Part shown: positions 49,598-59,737 of the stretch, piece by piece
Position numbering within the stretch: the stretch's first letter is position 1
Layout: the number at the start of each line of letters is the position of its first letter
DNA from: an uncultured virus (IMG/VR IMGVR_UViG_3300012954_000006)
Taxonomy: Duplodnaviria > Heunggongvirae > Uroviricota > Caudoviricetes
Reading direction: 5' to 3' (one strand)
IMG/VR virus record: IMGVR_UViG_3300012954_000006
Length of the DNA stretch: 64,000 nt
Position numbers and translations under genes: made by a program
Notes under the pieces: generated by a model
Databases searched by the model: none
Told to the model about the DNA's origin: nothing
What the model saw: only the letters and a program-made list of their open reading frames with translations

Positions 49598-51661
49598 CTA
49601 TTTATCAATACCAAGTAATTGATAAAAATCTTGCTCATTAATAATCTTGACACTAGAAATACGTTGTGCTTTAGCAAGTTTAGAACCTGCTTTTTCGCCT
49701 GCCACCAAATAGTTTAGTTTTTTACTAACGCCACTCAATACCTTTCCGCCGTACTCTTTGACTAGCTTTGTCGCATCACTTCGCTTCATGGTTTCAAACC
49801 TTCCTGTAAACAAAAATGTCTTTCCTTCTAACAGGCTGTTGGCATCTGCCTTTACAGGTTCATCTTTCCATGTCTGCACACCATAAGATTGTAGCCGTGC
49901 TATCATATCACGATTTATTCCTCTATCAAAGTAATCAAAAATTTGCTGTGCTTTCTTTTCGCCCACCTTATCAATGGCTTGCAAATCAGCTACTGACATC
50001 TTATACAACTCCTCAATACTATTGATTTGCTCAACTAAAGCAGTTGCAATAGTACGTCCTATGTCTTTGATACCTAAACCAATAATTAGATTTTTCAAAG
50101 GCATTCTTTTAGAACGCTCAATATTTGCTTTCATCTTCTCTACGGAACGTTCTCCAAAGCCACTAAGGTTCATTACGCTGTCATAGTCTATATTGTAGAT
50201 GTCTGGAATATTTTTTATAATACCTGCCATATACAACTGCTTAACAGTCTCTTCGCCCAAGCCTACAATATTCATAGCTTTTTTAGATGTGAAAGCTATC
50301 AATTGACCCATTAGCTGGTCATCACAACTAGCATTATCACAACGCCATACACTCTCGTCATCCCATCTAAAAATAGGTTTTTGACAGCAAGGGCAGTTAT
50401 CTGGAAATCTTACCGCTCGTTCTGTGCCATCTCGTTTACTTTTATCTACGGACACGATATAAGGTATAACATCGCCTGCTCGCTCCAATAGTACAGAGTC
50501 GCCATAATGAATATCTTTGTCAAGCATAAAATCTTCATTATGTAAAGAAGCTCTAGTGATAGTTGTACCACCTAAGTTTATCGCTTTCAAATGAGCTACT
50601 GGCGTTACAATACCTGTTTTGCCTACTTGAAAAACAACATCTTCTAGTGTTGTATAGGCACGTTGAGCGTCAAACTTTAACGCTATCGCCCATCGTGGAT
50701 GATGAGATGTGCTACCTAGTTGCTGCTGCTGTTCTGCTTGATTAACCTTAATGACTAGTCCATCTATCTCATAAGGATATTGCTCTCTTTTAGATTGCCA
50801 TGATTCACACACGTTAAGTACTTCATAGATGTTTTTGCAGATGATAGGCTCATGAGTAGGAGTAGTAAATCCTAAGTTACGCAACAACTCTTGTTTCTGT
50901 TCTTGTGTATCTGTTAAAGGTGTACTTTCAATATCGCAAACATCGTATATCACAGCAGATAATTTACGTTCTGCTACCTTTGCACTATCTTTCTGACGTA
51001 ATGCACCAGATGCTGCATTTCTAGCATTAGATAGTCCTAGTTTACCTAATGTGGCAAAATCAGACTTTGAAATCAGCACCTCTCCCCGCACAACAATTCG
51101 TGGCAAGTTATATATGAAAGCGGGAACGTGCGTAGGTACATCTTTAACTGAAACGGTATTATCAGTCACGTTATCCCCCACATGCCCGTCGCCACGCGTG
51201 AGTGCCATTACTAGCCTATCATCTTCATATATCAGCTCTATGGCAATACCATCCAACTTAGGAGCTAGTTCGTAAGTAACATTTGAGACCTCTAATACTT
51301 TGCGATTGCGTCTATCCCAGTCTAGTAAGTCTTTGTGTGTATATGCTTTGTCTAGCGAAAGCATAGGGCTAGGGTGTTTTACCTTGTCAAAAACTCGGTC
51401 ACTACTAGCATAACCTACCGTTTGTGTAGGTGACGTAATAGATGTGTGTTGAGGATATACCTCCTCTAGTTCTTTTAGATAATCAAACAATTGGTCATAT
51501 ATGGCATCTGAAACATCTGATGTAGCCCTTTCGTAATACATCAGATTGTGATAATTGATAGCCTGCACCAATAGTGCCATACGCTCTTTAGCATTCGTAC
51601 TATTGGTGGAATTGTGCTGTCTCCACGACAGCGCTTCTTGTGTTAATGTTTTCGTTTCCAA
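49598..51661 (-). CDS. ligA: NAD-dependent DNA ligase
   Basis: HPSPMLSL, KLDG, TRGDG, RNAASG, YEIDGLVIK, HhH, BRCT (AGSKLAKA). Confidence 0.97.
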   Translation of the reverse strand: METKTLTQEALSWRQHNSTNSTNAKERMALLVQAINYHNLMYYERATSDVSDAIYDQLFDYLKELEEVYPQHTSITSPTQTVGYASSDRVFDKVKHPSPMLSLDKAYTHKDLLDWDRRNRKVLEVSNVTYELAPKLDGIAIELIYEDDRLVMALTRGDGHVGDNVTDNTVSVKDVPTHVPAFIYNLPRIVVRGEVLISKSDFATLGKLGLSNARNAASGALRQKDSAKVAERKLSAVIYDVCDIESTPLTDTQEQKQELLRNLGFTTPTHEPIICKNIYEVLNVCESWQSKREQYPYEIDGLVIKVNQAEQQQQLGSTSHHPRWAIALKFDAQRAYTTLEDVVFQVGKTGIVTPVAHLKAINLGGTTITRASLHNEDFMLDKDIHYGDSVLLERAGDVIPYIVSVDKSKRDGTERAVRFPDNCPCCQKPIFRWDDESVWRCDNASCDDQLMGQLIAFTSKKAMNIVGLGEETVKQLYMAGIIKNIPDIYNIDYDSVMNLSGFGERSVEKMKANIERSKRMPLKNLIIGLGIKDIGRTIATALVEQINSIEELYKMSVADLQAIDKVGEKKAQQIFDYFDRGINRDMIARLQSYGVQTWKDEPVKADANSLLEGKTFLFTGRFETMKRSDATKLVKEYGGKVLSGVSKKLNYLVAGEKAGSKLAKAQRISSVKIINEQDFYQLLGIDK

Positions 51662-52266
51662 TCTTCTCTAATTTTAATATGTGATAAAAATTCGTTACAT
51701 GGGCTAACTTCTAGGTGGTCATTCATCAAAAACACATCCGTGGTACCATGATTTGCAAAGGTAGCCACATCGTAAAAGGTGTGATGACTGTAATTTCTAG
51801 TATAGACATATTTATCAAAAAATGCCTTATCTTTACTAGCGTTTCTATCTTTACTTTCAATACCAATGTCACCACAAGAATACTTCATAAAAATATTAAA
51901 ATGTGGCAGCCATTCACTTTTAGGAAAAGAACGTAAGCCACGAAAGTACATTCCCAGATATTCAAACGATGCCCACTTTCTTAGATAACTTCGTCTTTTA
52001 ATGACTGCTAATGCTACTTGATGAGCGATAGCATCACATTGTTGCAAAGTAAATCTAGGTATTATCGCTGTTCGCATTTCTAAGGAGTACTTCTTAGGGT
52101 AACCATTTCTAAATGCTTTAAGGTTATTCTTTTGACGTGCTTCTTCCAATATGCTTGGTATAGATACAATAGGCACATCAAAGTCTGATGTGCCTATATC
52201 GGTAATAGTTATATTGTGTTGTAGAGGAAATAATAATCTCAACTCTACTGCTCTAATTTCTGTCAT
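51643..52266 (-). CDS. Hypothetical protein
   Basis: 207-aa ORF. Confidence 0.6.
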   Translation of the reverse strand: MTEIRAVELRLLFPLQHNITITDIGTSDFDVPIVSIPSILEEARQKNNLKAFRNGYPKKYSLEMRTAIIPRFTLQQCDAIAHQVALAVIKRRSYLRKWASFEYLGMYFRGLRSFPKSEWLPHFNIFMKYSCGDIGIESKDRNASKDKAFFDKYVYTRNYSHHTFYDVATFANHGTTDVFLMNDHLEVSPCNEFLSHIKIREDWKRKH

Positions 52267-52663
52267 ATTTATTTTTTACTTCTTCAAGGCATTTGAGGTA
52301 GCCTGTGTGTTTCATGGAGCGATTAAATTGCTGATAATGTCGCACGAGTTCCATAAACTCCTTATAATAAAAGTCATCAGAATCAGCAGGAATAGCTACA
52401 ATATGTCTCCAATCATCTATTCTTATTTTGAAATAACTGTTACTCCTTAATGAGAATAATTCAATGCGTTCATTTGCAAGGTCATATCTATCCTGTGCTT
52501 TACAATAGCTGCCACGCATTTGTGGAGGCAGGGTAAACATAAATGACCTTTCACCTACAAGTACCAAGAAATGTTTACAGGTATTGTTTTGCAATATGAC
52601 ATTGATAATTCGGCTTTTGTATGCTTTTTTTGATTTGGTATTACTTACTTTAATCTCTTTCAT
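52253..52663 (-). CDS. Hypothetical protein
   Basis: 136-aa ORF. Confidence 0.6.
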   Translation of the reverse strand: MKEIKVSNTKSKKAYKSRIINVILQNNTCKHFLVLVGERSFMFTLPPQMRGSYCKAQDRYDLANERIELFSLRSNSYFKIRIDDWRHIVAIPADSDDFYYKEFMELVRHYQQFNRSMKHTGYLKCLEEVKNKYDRN

Positions 52664-52934
52664 CTTCTAATTTATAGTGTTTAATAAAAAATTGAAAAAG
52701 AAAATCACTGGCAAGTTCGCACTCAGCTAAATCATAATATGCTGGAAAAACATAATGGTCTTCTATGGTGCAGATGCTACCTAAAGCATACTCTTGATAA
52801 TCGTTATCATTTATCATTGTTCGCTCAATGACTATATAATCAGATGCTTGTGGCTTTTCTTTGACTTTAATTAAATAAAGCTCTTGCTGATAATTTAATC
52901 CTGCTGTCATGGCATATACTTGTATCTTTTTCAT
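52650..52934 (-). CDS. Hypothetical protein
   Basis: 94-aa ORF. Confidence 0.55.
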   Translation of the reverse strand: MKKIQVYAMTAGLNYQQELYLIKVKEKPQASDYIVIERTMINDNDYQEYALGSICTIEDHYVFPAYYDLAECELASDFLFQFFIKHYKLEDERD

Positions 52935-53134
52935 GTTTTGTTTTCTAAATTTTCTAAATAATACTTTACCTCCAAAAGAAAATTACACCTTTTGTATGCT
53001 TTTCTTGATTCAGTATCACCATCATATTCTTCAAGTAGCAAATCAACTACACGGATTGATTTTGCTCCAAATTCGTTAAAATATTGCAAAGCAGCATCTT
53101 CTACTCTTTGCTTAAATGATTTTAGTTCTAGCAT
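52931..53134 (-). CDS. Hypothetical protein
   Basis: 67-aa ORF. Confidence 0.55.
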   Translation of the reverse strand: MLELKSFKQRVEDAALQYFNEFGAKSIRVVDLLLEEYDGDTESRKAYKRCNFLLEVKYYLENLENKT

Positions 53135-53167
53135 TGTTTAATTAAAATTTTTATAAATTTAAGCATA

Positions 53168-53770
53168 TTATTCTATTTCTTCTAACATTTTATTAGCAAC
53201 ATACTTCAATACATAATGCCCATTGATGTAGTCGGCTAGTAGTTTATGAAACTCTCTTCTTTCTATGTCTGTCATGGATTCATTTTCAGCATACCCCATT
53301 GTAATATAATCTTGTTCCCAAATATTCTCTAGTAAACAGAAAGTCATACTTAGAACTGGCTCTGTCAATATAGACATGAAATTAGCATTATTTGTTTTAG
53401 CAAATAAGTAACATCCAAACCCAATAGCGTATCTACCTATTATTGTATGGAAATCTAAATAACTGCTCTCAAAATACTCTGTAAAACGTTCGCCTTCGTA
53501 ATACTCATAATCTAATATACTCTTATCATTTATATCTGGTAGGGTATATGCAGTTGTTGCGTCAAAACTATCACTAGAATATTCTTCTATTCGACGCTCT
53601 TCAAAGTCTAACTGCTCATCTTTCCATACAACACTATATGTGGTTTCTATTAGAGTACCATCATCCTCATAATGATTCGAAACTTTCATTATGATGTACC
53701 AATTTTTATTTTCTTTGTGTTGTATAATATTACCAATAAGGTAACTATTTTCTACTGTTTTGTTTTTCAA
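53168..53770 (-). CDS. Hypothetical acidic protein
   Basis: 200-aa ORF; decayed paralogue at 54504-54952. Confidence 0.65.
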   Translation of the reverse strand: MKNKTVENSYLIGNIIQHKENKNWYIIMKVSNHYEDDGTLIETTYSVVWKDEQLDFEERRIEEYSSDSFDATTAYTLPDINDKSILDYEYYEGERFTEYFESSYLDFHTIIGRYAIGFGCYLFAKTNNANFMSILTEPVLSMTFCLLENIWEQDYITMGYAENESMTDIERREFHKLLADYINGHYVLKYVANKMLEEIE

Positions 53771-54491
53771 TTTTAATATCTTTTAAATCATTAATATTAT
53801 AATGTAAAAAGTCAGTTACAACACTAAAGTTTAGTTCGCTATCGCAACTAACCATACCTAATTCTCTATCAAGAATAATGGTCTCGTTTGGAAATTTCAA
53901 CTCTATGTGAAAAGAAATGACATCGCCATCATACAGGTCAAAGTTAGGATGTTTAACTGCTGATGTGGTTTGTTTTGATAAGTAATCTTGATAGAACGCT
54001 TCAATATTAGGATATGCGTTTTCAAAATAGTTCGTTTTGTGAGCGTCATTAAGTGCTAACAGAAATGGCAATAAGTCTGCTATATTATCGCTTTCTATCA
54101 ATGGCTCATAAGGTAGTTCCATATAAACATCGCTATGATGAGTATTCCATACCTTACAATACACCATTTTTACTTTCTTCTTCTTTCTATAAACACGCTT
54201 TTTAAAAGGCTTACCAATAACCTCAAGTATAACGGCAGGAATAAACTTTCTATATGTATTTTTCACAATAGGGTCACAATAAAGACGTGGAATTTCAAAG
54301 CCTCGACTACGTCCTACTGGATAAGCACTTTTCCAGCACTTTACTTTTTCCTTTTTAGGTATTTCTACACAACTGCTAACGTCTATTGGGAAGACATCTA
54401 CAAATTGCTCAACACTTTTCTTACACTCCTTATGGTCATCTATTCCTAGATGAGCGTATTGATTTGATTTGGCTATAAAATATTTTTTCAT
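53745..54491 (-). CDS. Hypothetical protein
   Basis: 248-aa ORF. Confidence 0.6.
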   Translation of the reverse strand: MKKYFIAKSNQYAHLGIDDHKECKKSVEQFVDVFPIDVSSCVEIPKKEKVKCWKSAYPVGRSRGFEIPRLYCDPIVKNTYRKFIPAVILEVIGKPFKKRVYRKKKKVKMVYCKVWNTHHSDVYMELPYEPLIESDNIADLLPFLLALNDAHKTNYFENAYPNIEAFYQDYLSKQTTSAVKHPNFDLYDGDVISFHIELKFPNETIILDRELGMVSCDSELNFSVVTDFLHYNINDLKDIKIEKQNSRK

Positions 54492-54503
54492 ATCAAATTA
54501 AAA

Positions 54504-54952
54504 TTACATTTGTTCTAAAATTTTATTAGCAACGTACCTTAACACATAGACACTATTAATGTATTGGCATAGCAACTTATTGAATGAAGCGATAGCAGCG
54601 GATTTTTGTTCCCATTTTTCTAATGGCTCTGCTTCGGCAATTAATAGGGTGGAAAATGACTGTGCTATCATCTAAAGATTCGGCAAAACATTCCCTCAGT
54701 CTCATACTCATAATATTCTATTTTTTCTAGAGTTAAGTTTGGTAAATTAACTTTGTTACTTTTGTCAAAAAATATCTTTTAACTTTCTAACTTGCCTCTG
54801 GGCAAAATCTTTGCTGTCGTCTTTCATTACCGATTTATAATAAGTAACAGAACTCCTCCTTTTTTGTAACGCTTTACAACGCCAACAATCACACATTCTT
54901 TGTTTTGCCATTCTGTCAAGTCAGACGTTGTTTTTACAATACTATTTATCAT
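54504..54952 (-). pseudogene. Frameshifted paralogue of 53168-53770
   Basis: Ends FNKLLCQYINSVYVLRYVANKILEQM vs FHKLLADYINGHYVLKYVANKMLEEIE. Confidence 0.75.
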
Positions 54953-54984
54953 ATTTTATGAAATTATTTTTTTGAAATAATATT

Positions 54985-55151
54985 CAAAGATAATGATTTT
55001 TTTTGATTTTTCATATTTTTTAGCATTTTTTTTACACAAAACTATCCTTTTTGCGTATCGTCAGTAGTAGCAATATTTATAGTTGAATGCAATGATTGAC
55101 AATAATATATTTGACTGCCCTTTGCAATATCAACAGAAATTACTACCTTTG
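54985..55151. promoter_or_regulatory. Divergent promoter cassette with central palindromic element (copy 3, 55049-55102)
   Basis: Minus box 54985-54992, plus TACCTTTG 55144-55151; cassette duplicated at 60193-60367. Confidence 0.75.
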
Positions 55152-55189
55152 CAACTATTCTATAAAGGAATATCTAAAATATAAAAACA

Positions 55190-55444
55190 ATGAAAGATAC
55201 TATTAATTGCTGTGGAATTGTATGCGAGTATTTGGGCGTAAACATAAAGCCTCATACCGTAACCTTAGATAGTGAAAGTAAAAAACTGCACTTTGAAAAA
55301 TACAAATATTACGATGCACAATGCACAGGCAATATGACGTATATATGTGAGCGATGCGAAATGGCTGGTGAAGAAGATTATGCTGACGGTTGTCATGATG
55401 AATTTACTCGGTATCAAAAACACAATAGGTTTGATTGGGAATAA
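55190..55444 (+). CDS. Small Cys-rich protein
   Basis: 84-aa ORF between promoter and terminator. Confidence 0.65.
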   Translation: MKDTINCCGIVCEYLGVNIKPHTVTLDSESKKLHFEKYKYYDAQCTGNMTYICERCEMAGEEDYADGCHDEFTRYQKHNRFDWE

Positions 55445-55462
55445 AACTTACAAGCAAAGCCT

Positions 55463-55498
55463 AAAAAAAGCAACTACTAATAGGTAGTTGCTTTTTTT
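55463..55498. terminator. Bidirectional intrinsic terminator
   Basis: AAAAAAAGCAACTAC..GTAGTTGCTTTTTTT. Confidence 0.85.
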
Positions 55499-55513
55499 AT
55501 AATTACATATTCA

Positions 55514-55849
55514 TTATCTTAGCAATCCATACTCTTCAACTTTGCCTCTTGCAAAAGCAATGTCACTAGACAGACTGTTGTGTATATCTAATCTATGCCA
55601 CCCTCCTACATCATCATAGCATTCAAAAACAGTCCAATCGTCTTGCTCTGTAATAACTACTCTTGCCTTACTTAATTTGCTAGTGGGATTTTCTTTTATC
55701 CATTCCCAACTAACACATAGGTGAGTAAACATATCACATCCCTCGCCACCTATCAAATCTATTGTAATGCAGTCAAACTTTTTTATTCCTGCAAATCCTT
55801 CACGATTATATATAACAGGATAAAGCGGTGTTGTATTTTTATTATTCAT
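55514..55849 (-). CDS. Hypothetical protein
   Basis: 111-aa ORF. Confidence 0.6.
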   Translation of the reverse strand: MNNKNTTPLYPVIYNREGFAGIKKFDCITIDLIGGEGCDMFTHLCVSWEWIKENPTSKLSKARVVITEQDDWTVFECYDDVGGWHRLDIHNSLSSDIAFARGKVEEYGLLR

Positions 55850-56397
55850 TATGATTTGATTTCTTGAATAAATTTATGAGTGTCTAATGCTATTTTAGCT
55901 TTCCTTTCTCTGTAATTTTCAACATTTGTAACAAGTAAATCCGAAAGAAACTTGTCATCAATTGATACTTTCAAATCTGTGATAGTTTTGATATACTCTT
56001 TAAAGGTAGTAAGGTGAAAGACATTAAGTAATTTAAACATCTCTTTTACTTTAACATTTTTTAGCATGATTTGATGTTCTCTTTTTCTTAATACAGAGTA
56101 ATTTTCAACCATTGCCTTAATATGAGCTTGTAGAAAAATCTCGTCCTCTTTTGTACCTTGCACTCCACCATTACTCTCATTCAAATTACATTCATAATCT
56201 TTGTGCATGAATGATATAAACAACTCTTCTGGCAAAGCATTATCAAGCTCCGCTTTTGTAATTGTCTTGGTAAGAAACATCTCTAATGCCTTAGTAATCA
56301 GTTTTGTGCAAAATGGATTTTTCAAAGCGCCTTCCAAGGTAGCTGAATTAACGATGTCTAATTTTGCTTGCTCTAATAATGATTGTATTTTCGTCAT
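55849..56397 (-). CDS. Hypothetical protein
   Basis: 182-aa ORF. Confidence 0.6.
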   Translation of the reverse strand: MTKIQSLLEQAKLDIVNSATLEGALKNPFCTKLITKALEMFLTKTITKAELDNALPEELFISFMHKDYECNLNESNGGVQGTKEDEIFLQAHIKAMVENYSVLRKREHQIMLKNVKVKEMFKLLNVFHLTTFKEYIKTITDLKVSIDDKFLSDLLVTNVENYRERKAKIALDTHKFIQEIKS

Positions 56398-56659
56398 AAT
56401 TGATTTTTAAATTAAGTTTTTGAATAGTTAATATTGGAAATTACTGGTTACCTTCTACAATTTGTCGCATCACAGCCATTCCCCATTTAAAGCCATGCAT
56501 TATAAGTATTAACTTCTCATCTTTTGGCGACTCTTTGTCTCGCTCATAAAAAAGGCTACACATTTTTTTATGTCTTTATCTGTGATACGTTGTCCGCCTT
56601 TGTGTTTTTCTTGCAATCTGGACAACTCTTCTCTGATAAGTGCTGATGTCATATTGTTG

Positions 56660-56854
56660 TTAATTATCGTTTTCTGTAAATACTTTATTTCCTACTGCTA
56701 CTAATAAGCATGAATTTTCTGCTTTGGGCAATATGATTAAATTTTGCTTTTTGCGGTTCGTGCAGGCAATAACTGATAATCTACCTTTGTCATCAAGGCA
56801 AATGTAAAAATCGCCTATATCGTAACCTGTATTTGCTTGAAGTTTACTATTCAT
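56660..56854 (-). CDS. Hypothetical protein
   Basis: 64-aa ORF. Confidence 0.5.
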   Translation of the reverse strand: MNSKLQANTGYDIGDFYICLDDKGRLSVIACTNRKKQNLIILPKAENSCLLVAVGNKVFTENDN

Positions 56855-57185
56855 TATTTAGTGTATTATTAGTGTGAATGCTTTGTCCTGCTGGTGTTAA
56901 GCGTTGTTCTTTAAAGTATGCTAATGTCTCTTCTATGTCGTAAAACTCAATACCTTTGGTTCTGTCCTTTTGAAGCTTATAGCCGTGCATAGCCATCTAC
57001 CACAAAAAGATGTCTATTGTAAACTCCTGTGCGTCTCGCCAAGATATATTATCAAAAACAGGGTGTCTATCTTTGTCAGATGCTAGGTGCTGAAATATCG
57101 TTTTAAAGACTTGCTTTTGGTCGTGAAAATCACGCATCCAATCAGGTAGATGCTGTTGCTTTGCAAAATAATCTTTCTTTTCCAT
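56847..57185 (-). pseudogene. Conserved phage protein with in-frame TAG 56997-56999
   Basis: LPDWMRDFHDQK..IDIFLW*MAMHGYKLQK; recalled family motif FLWxMAxHGYxLQK spans the stop. Confidence 0.7.
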
Positions 57186-57191
57186 TTGGTT

Positions 57192-57473
57192 TTATTTTTT
57201 CATTACTATATAAGTACCTAAAAGACCACCTAGTAAAGAGGCTATTAGCACAGGTAGATATTGTAGTTCAAAGTTTTTGATTATCTCATACATAGAAACC
57301 GCACTTACGCCCAATGAGATTAAATAAGCAATATGTACCAACGCACCGCTTAGTAATGCTCCGAAAATATCTTTGTTGGCGATACAAGTAATATTCCATG
57401 TACGAAAACCAACAAAGAAAAATTGCACGATAAATATAGTAATGGAGTAGGTAACAACAGTCGTGCTTATCAT
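57192..57473 (-). CDS. Small membrane protein
   Basis: Three hydrophobic helices, GGLLGTY. Confidence 0.7.
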   Translation of the reverse strand: MISTTVVTYSITIFIVQFFFVGFRTWNITCIANKDIFGALLSGALVHIAYLISLGVSAVSMYEIIKNFELQYLPVLIASLLGGLLGTYIVMKK

Positions 57474-58225
57474 AGTAAGGCTCTGGCATTAAGTGAAAAT
57501 TCATCAAACATACCATCTGGTACTTCACTCATACGTCCATTTCTATCAAATTCAATTTCAGTATTAAGACCTAAAAAAGAATCGTAGTAAAACGCTGTGA
57601 CGATATTAAAGTCAATGCGATTATTTTTAATCGCTACTCTAATACTGTCAAAAAGGTGCGATGATTCTACAAACAACAATACTTGATGCCCCAAATCAAG
57701 TATATCACGAATGATATTAGCATAGTTACTTTGTGCCGCTTCTGGGAGAAATACCGTTGGTTTGTCTAGCAATATGCTTGATGGTTTATAATGATTGAGA
57801 TTCAAGAACTCCACCATTCTCAATAATCCTGTTAGAATGTAAGCATCCTTTAGTGTAAGTAGGTAATCATGGTTTATTTTGTGCCTTTCACAAGGCATTA
57901 CTTGCGTAAAAAAAGCCTTACCTTCCTTTACCAATAGCTGCAACTGTCTTTCAGGAAACAGATAAGCCAACCATTTATTAAATATCGTTATGCTATCTAT
58001 ATTGGTACAATCAGACAAATAGGTATGGTAATGCTTGGCAGAAAACAATAATATTCTATGTATCTGCTCAAACTCGATAACCTTGCAGTTGTATGACTTG
58101 CTTTTGAGTTCCTTCTTTAAAGAATTTTGAAAGCCTAACGATTCTGATTCCACAAACATCGTTAGTTGTGGAATGTCAGCACTCCACAAGAGTGTTTTTA
58201 ATTCTACTTCTATTTCTTTAATCAT
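57470..58225 (-). CDS. Degenerate DUF3696-type AAA/ABC ATPase lacking Walker A
   Basis: ILLDKPTVFLPEAAQS..GHQVLLFVESSHLFDSIRVAIK..DRNGRMSEVPDGMFDE mirrors IENPEAHLHPxxQS..GVQxIIETHSDHILNGIRVAVK..DxxGRIxxWPxGFFD. Confidence 0.7.
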   Translation of the reverse strand: MIKEIEVELKTLLWSADIPQLTMFVESESLGFQNSLKKELKSKSYNCKVIEFEQIHRILLFSAKHYHTYLSDCTNIDSITIFNKWLAYLFPERQLQLLVKEGKAFFTQVMPCERHKINHDYLLTLKDAYILTGLLRMVEFLNLNHYKPSSILLDKPTVFLPEAAQSNYANIIRDILDLGHQVLLFVESSHLFDSIRVAIKNNRIDFNIVTAFYYDSFLGLNTEIEFDRNGRMSEVPDGMFDEFSLNARALL

Positions 58226-58229
58226 TGTT

Positions 58230-58481
58230 TTATCTGTATTTTTCTGCGTTAGATTTGGCTCTGTATATTTCTATGGGATAGTTGTCTTCTTTTGAGGAAA
58301 AAGAATTAATGATGCACTTCTCGACAATGCAAGCATACTTACCTCCTCTATAACTACAATAGTCGTCTGCCATTTTTATAGCAGGATGTTTTTTAGTATA
58401 AATACCTATATTGTAAGAATGAGCATCTCGCTCTCCATGTCTTAGTGCTGATACAATATAATGTTCTTTTGAATTTGGCAT
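58230..58481 (-). CDS. Conserved small phage protein
   Basis: RHGERDAHSY.IG..RGGKY motif. Confidence 0.65.
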   Translation of the reverse strand: MPNSKEHYIVSALRHGERDAHSYNIGIYTKKHPAIKMADDYCSYRGGKYACIVEKCIINSFSSKEDNYPIEIYRAKSNAEKYR

Positions 58482-58486
58482 AGAAT

Positions 58487-58678
58487 TTATTTTTTACTAC
58501 ATTTTCTAGGTTTATGAATAATATTAGGATAAGAACTAATAAACGGAAGACGAAAGCCATCAACAGTAAAATTGTAGATACTGTCTTTTTGCACAATGCC
58601 ATACCAACTTGATGATTTGTAGTTTTCTCGCACCCAATCATCCATTATAGTGAACTCGCCTGCCGTTGTGTATATCAA
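58487..58678 (-). CDS. Hypothetical protein
   Basis: 63-aa ORF. Confidence 0.4.
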   Translation of the reverse strand: MIYTTAGEFTIMDDWVRENYKSSSWYGIVQKDSIYNFTVDGFRLPFISSYPNIIHKPRKCSKK

Positions 58679-58827
58679 GTAATATGACCTATATTGTGTT
58701 GCTATACACTCTTTATGAATTACCTTGACACAATGATATTTTTTTGATATTACGATGCTCTAAGCTTTTAATACCTAATATTATTAGCACTACAATAAGC
58801 AGTGTTTTTATTTCGGAATGTTTGTCT

Positions 58828-59136
58828 TTATTCTTCATTGTCTAACATCTTTTGTTCATTATAACTTATAAATCCACCTTTATCTTCTGGCAGTTCTACA
58901 AACTCAACAACACCCAACCTTTGAGCAATACGAATCAAATTGCTTTTATCCCCTAGTTTATCATAGAAATTTCTACAACAAACATCTTGCCCACATACTG
59001 TTGCTTTGTGACAAATAAAGTAAGTGCCATTTTGCAAAGATTCATCTACTATTGCTTTTACAGCTTCTGGAGAAACTAACATATCCTTTGTCAATAGACA
59101 ATTGTTGCACGATTCGTTATATACTTTCAAGCTCAT
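58828..59136 (-). CDS. Conserved Cys-rich phage protein
   Basis: CxxCL..FICHK..CCRxFY. Confidence 0.7.
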   Translation of the reverse strand: MSLKVYNESCNNCLLTKDMLVSPEAVKAIVDESLQNGTYFICHKATVCGQDVCCRNFYDKLGDKSNLIRIAQRLGVVEFVELPEDKGGFISYNEQKMLDNEE

Positions 59137-59728
59137 GTATGATATTTTTATTGATTAAATATGGAGTGATATTATCTAATTGCTGTTCTTTATTCAAATG
59201 CCATTTTATTAGTGTCTGAACTTCATCTAATACCTTATAATGCTTGGCAGGTACAAGAGTTTTGTTTTCAAATAAGACGTTGCAGAAATTAACAGCCAGT
59301 ACATCTCTGGTATAGTGATAATGCTCACAGGCATCAAATCGCTGTGACATGGTGCTATTTTCACTCTTTACTAACTTCTTCCAATCTCCAAAAGCTTTTT
59401 CGCATATTACCCAGTCTTCTATTATGCTATCAAAAATAGGCATATCCTTAAAAGAAATAACAATCATAAAATCAAGTAAATAATCATATACCTTGCCATA
59501 AGATATGGTTGTATTATTGTGCCTTTCTATCAATTTCTTTTGACGTAATAATGCAAGATACTTATGAAATACCAAGAAATCGCAAGCAGTATCGCAATAC
59601 AAACTCCAAAAATACTCTTCACTTATAGTGTCGTATATTGAAGTAGCAATAGTACCTGCTCCTCGAATGTCTCTTAGTACCAAGTTTTTATTATTAACTT
59701 CATTTTTATCACTTAAAATTATATGCAT
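59117..59728 (-). CDS. Hypothetical protein
   Basis: 203-aa ORF; N-terminus similar to next gene (ILSDKNE). Confidence 0.6.
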   Translation of the reverse strand: MHIILSDKNEVNNKNLVLRDIRGAGTIATSIYDTISEEYFWSLYCDTACDFLVFHKYLALLRQKKLIERHNNTTISYGKVYDYLLDFMIVISFKDMPIFDSIIEDWVICEKAFGDWKKLVKSENSTMSQRFDACEHYHYTRDVLAVNFCNVLFENKTLVPAKHYKVLDEVQTLIKWHLNKEQQLDNITPYLINKNIIHELESI

Positions 59729-59737
59729 TAATTAAAA

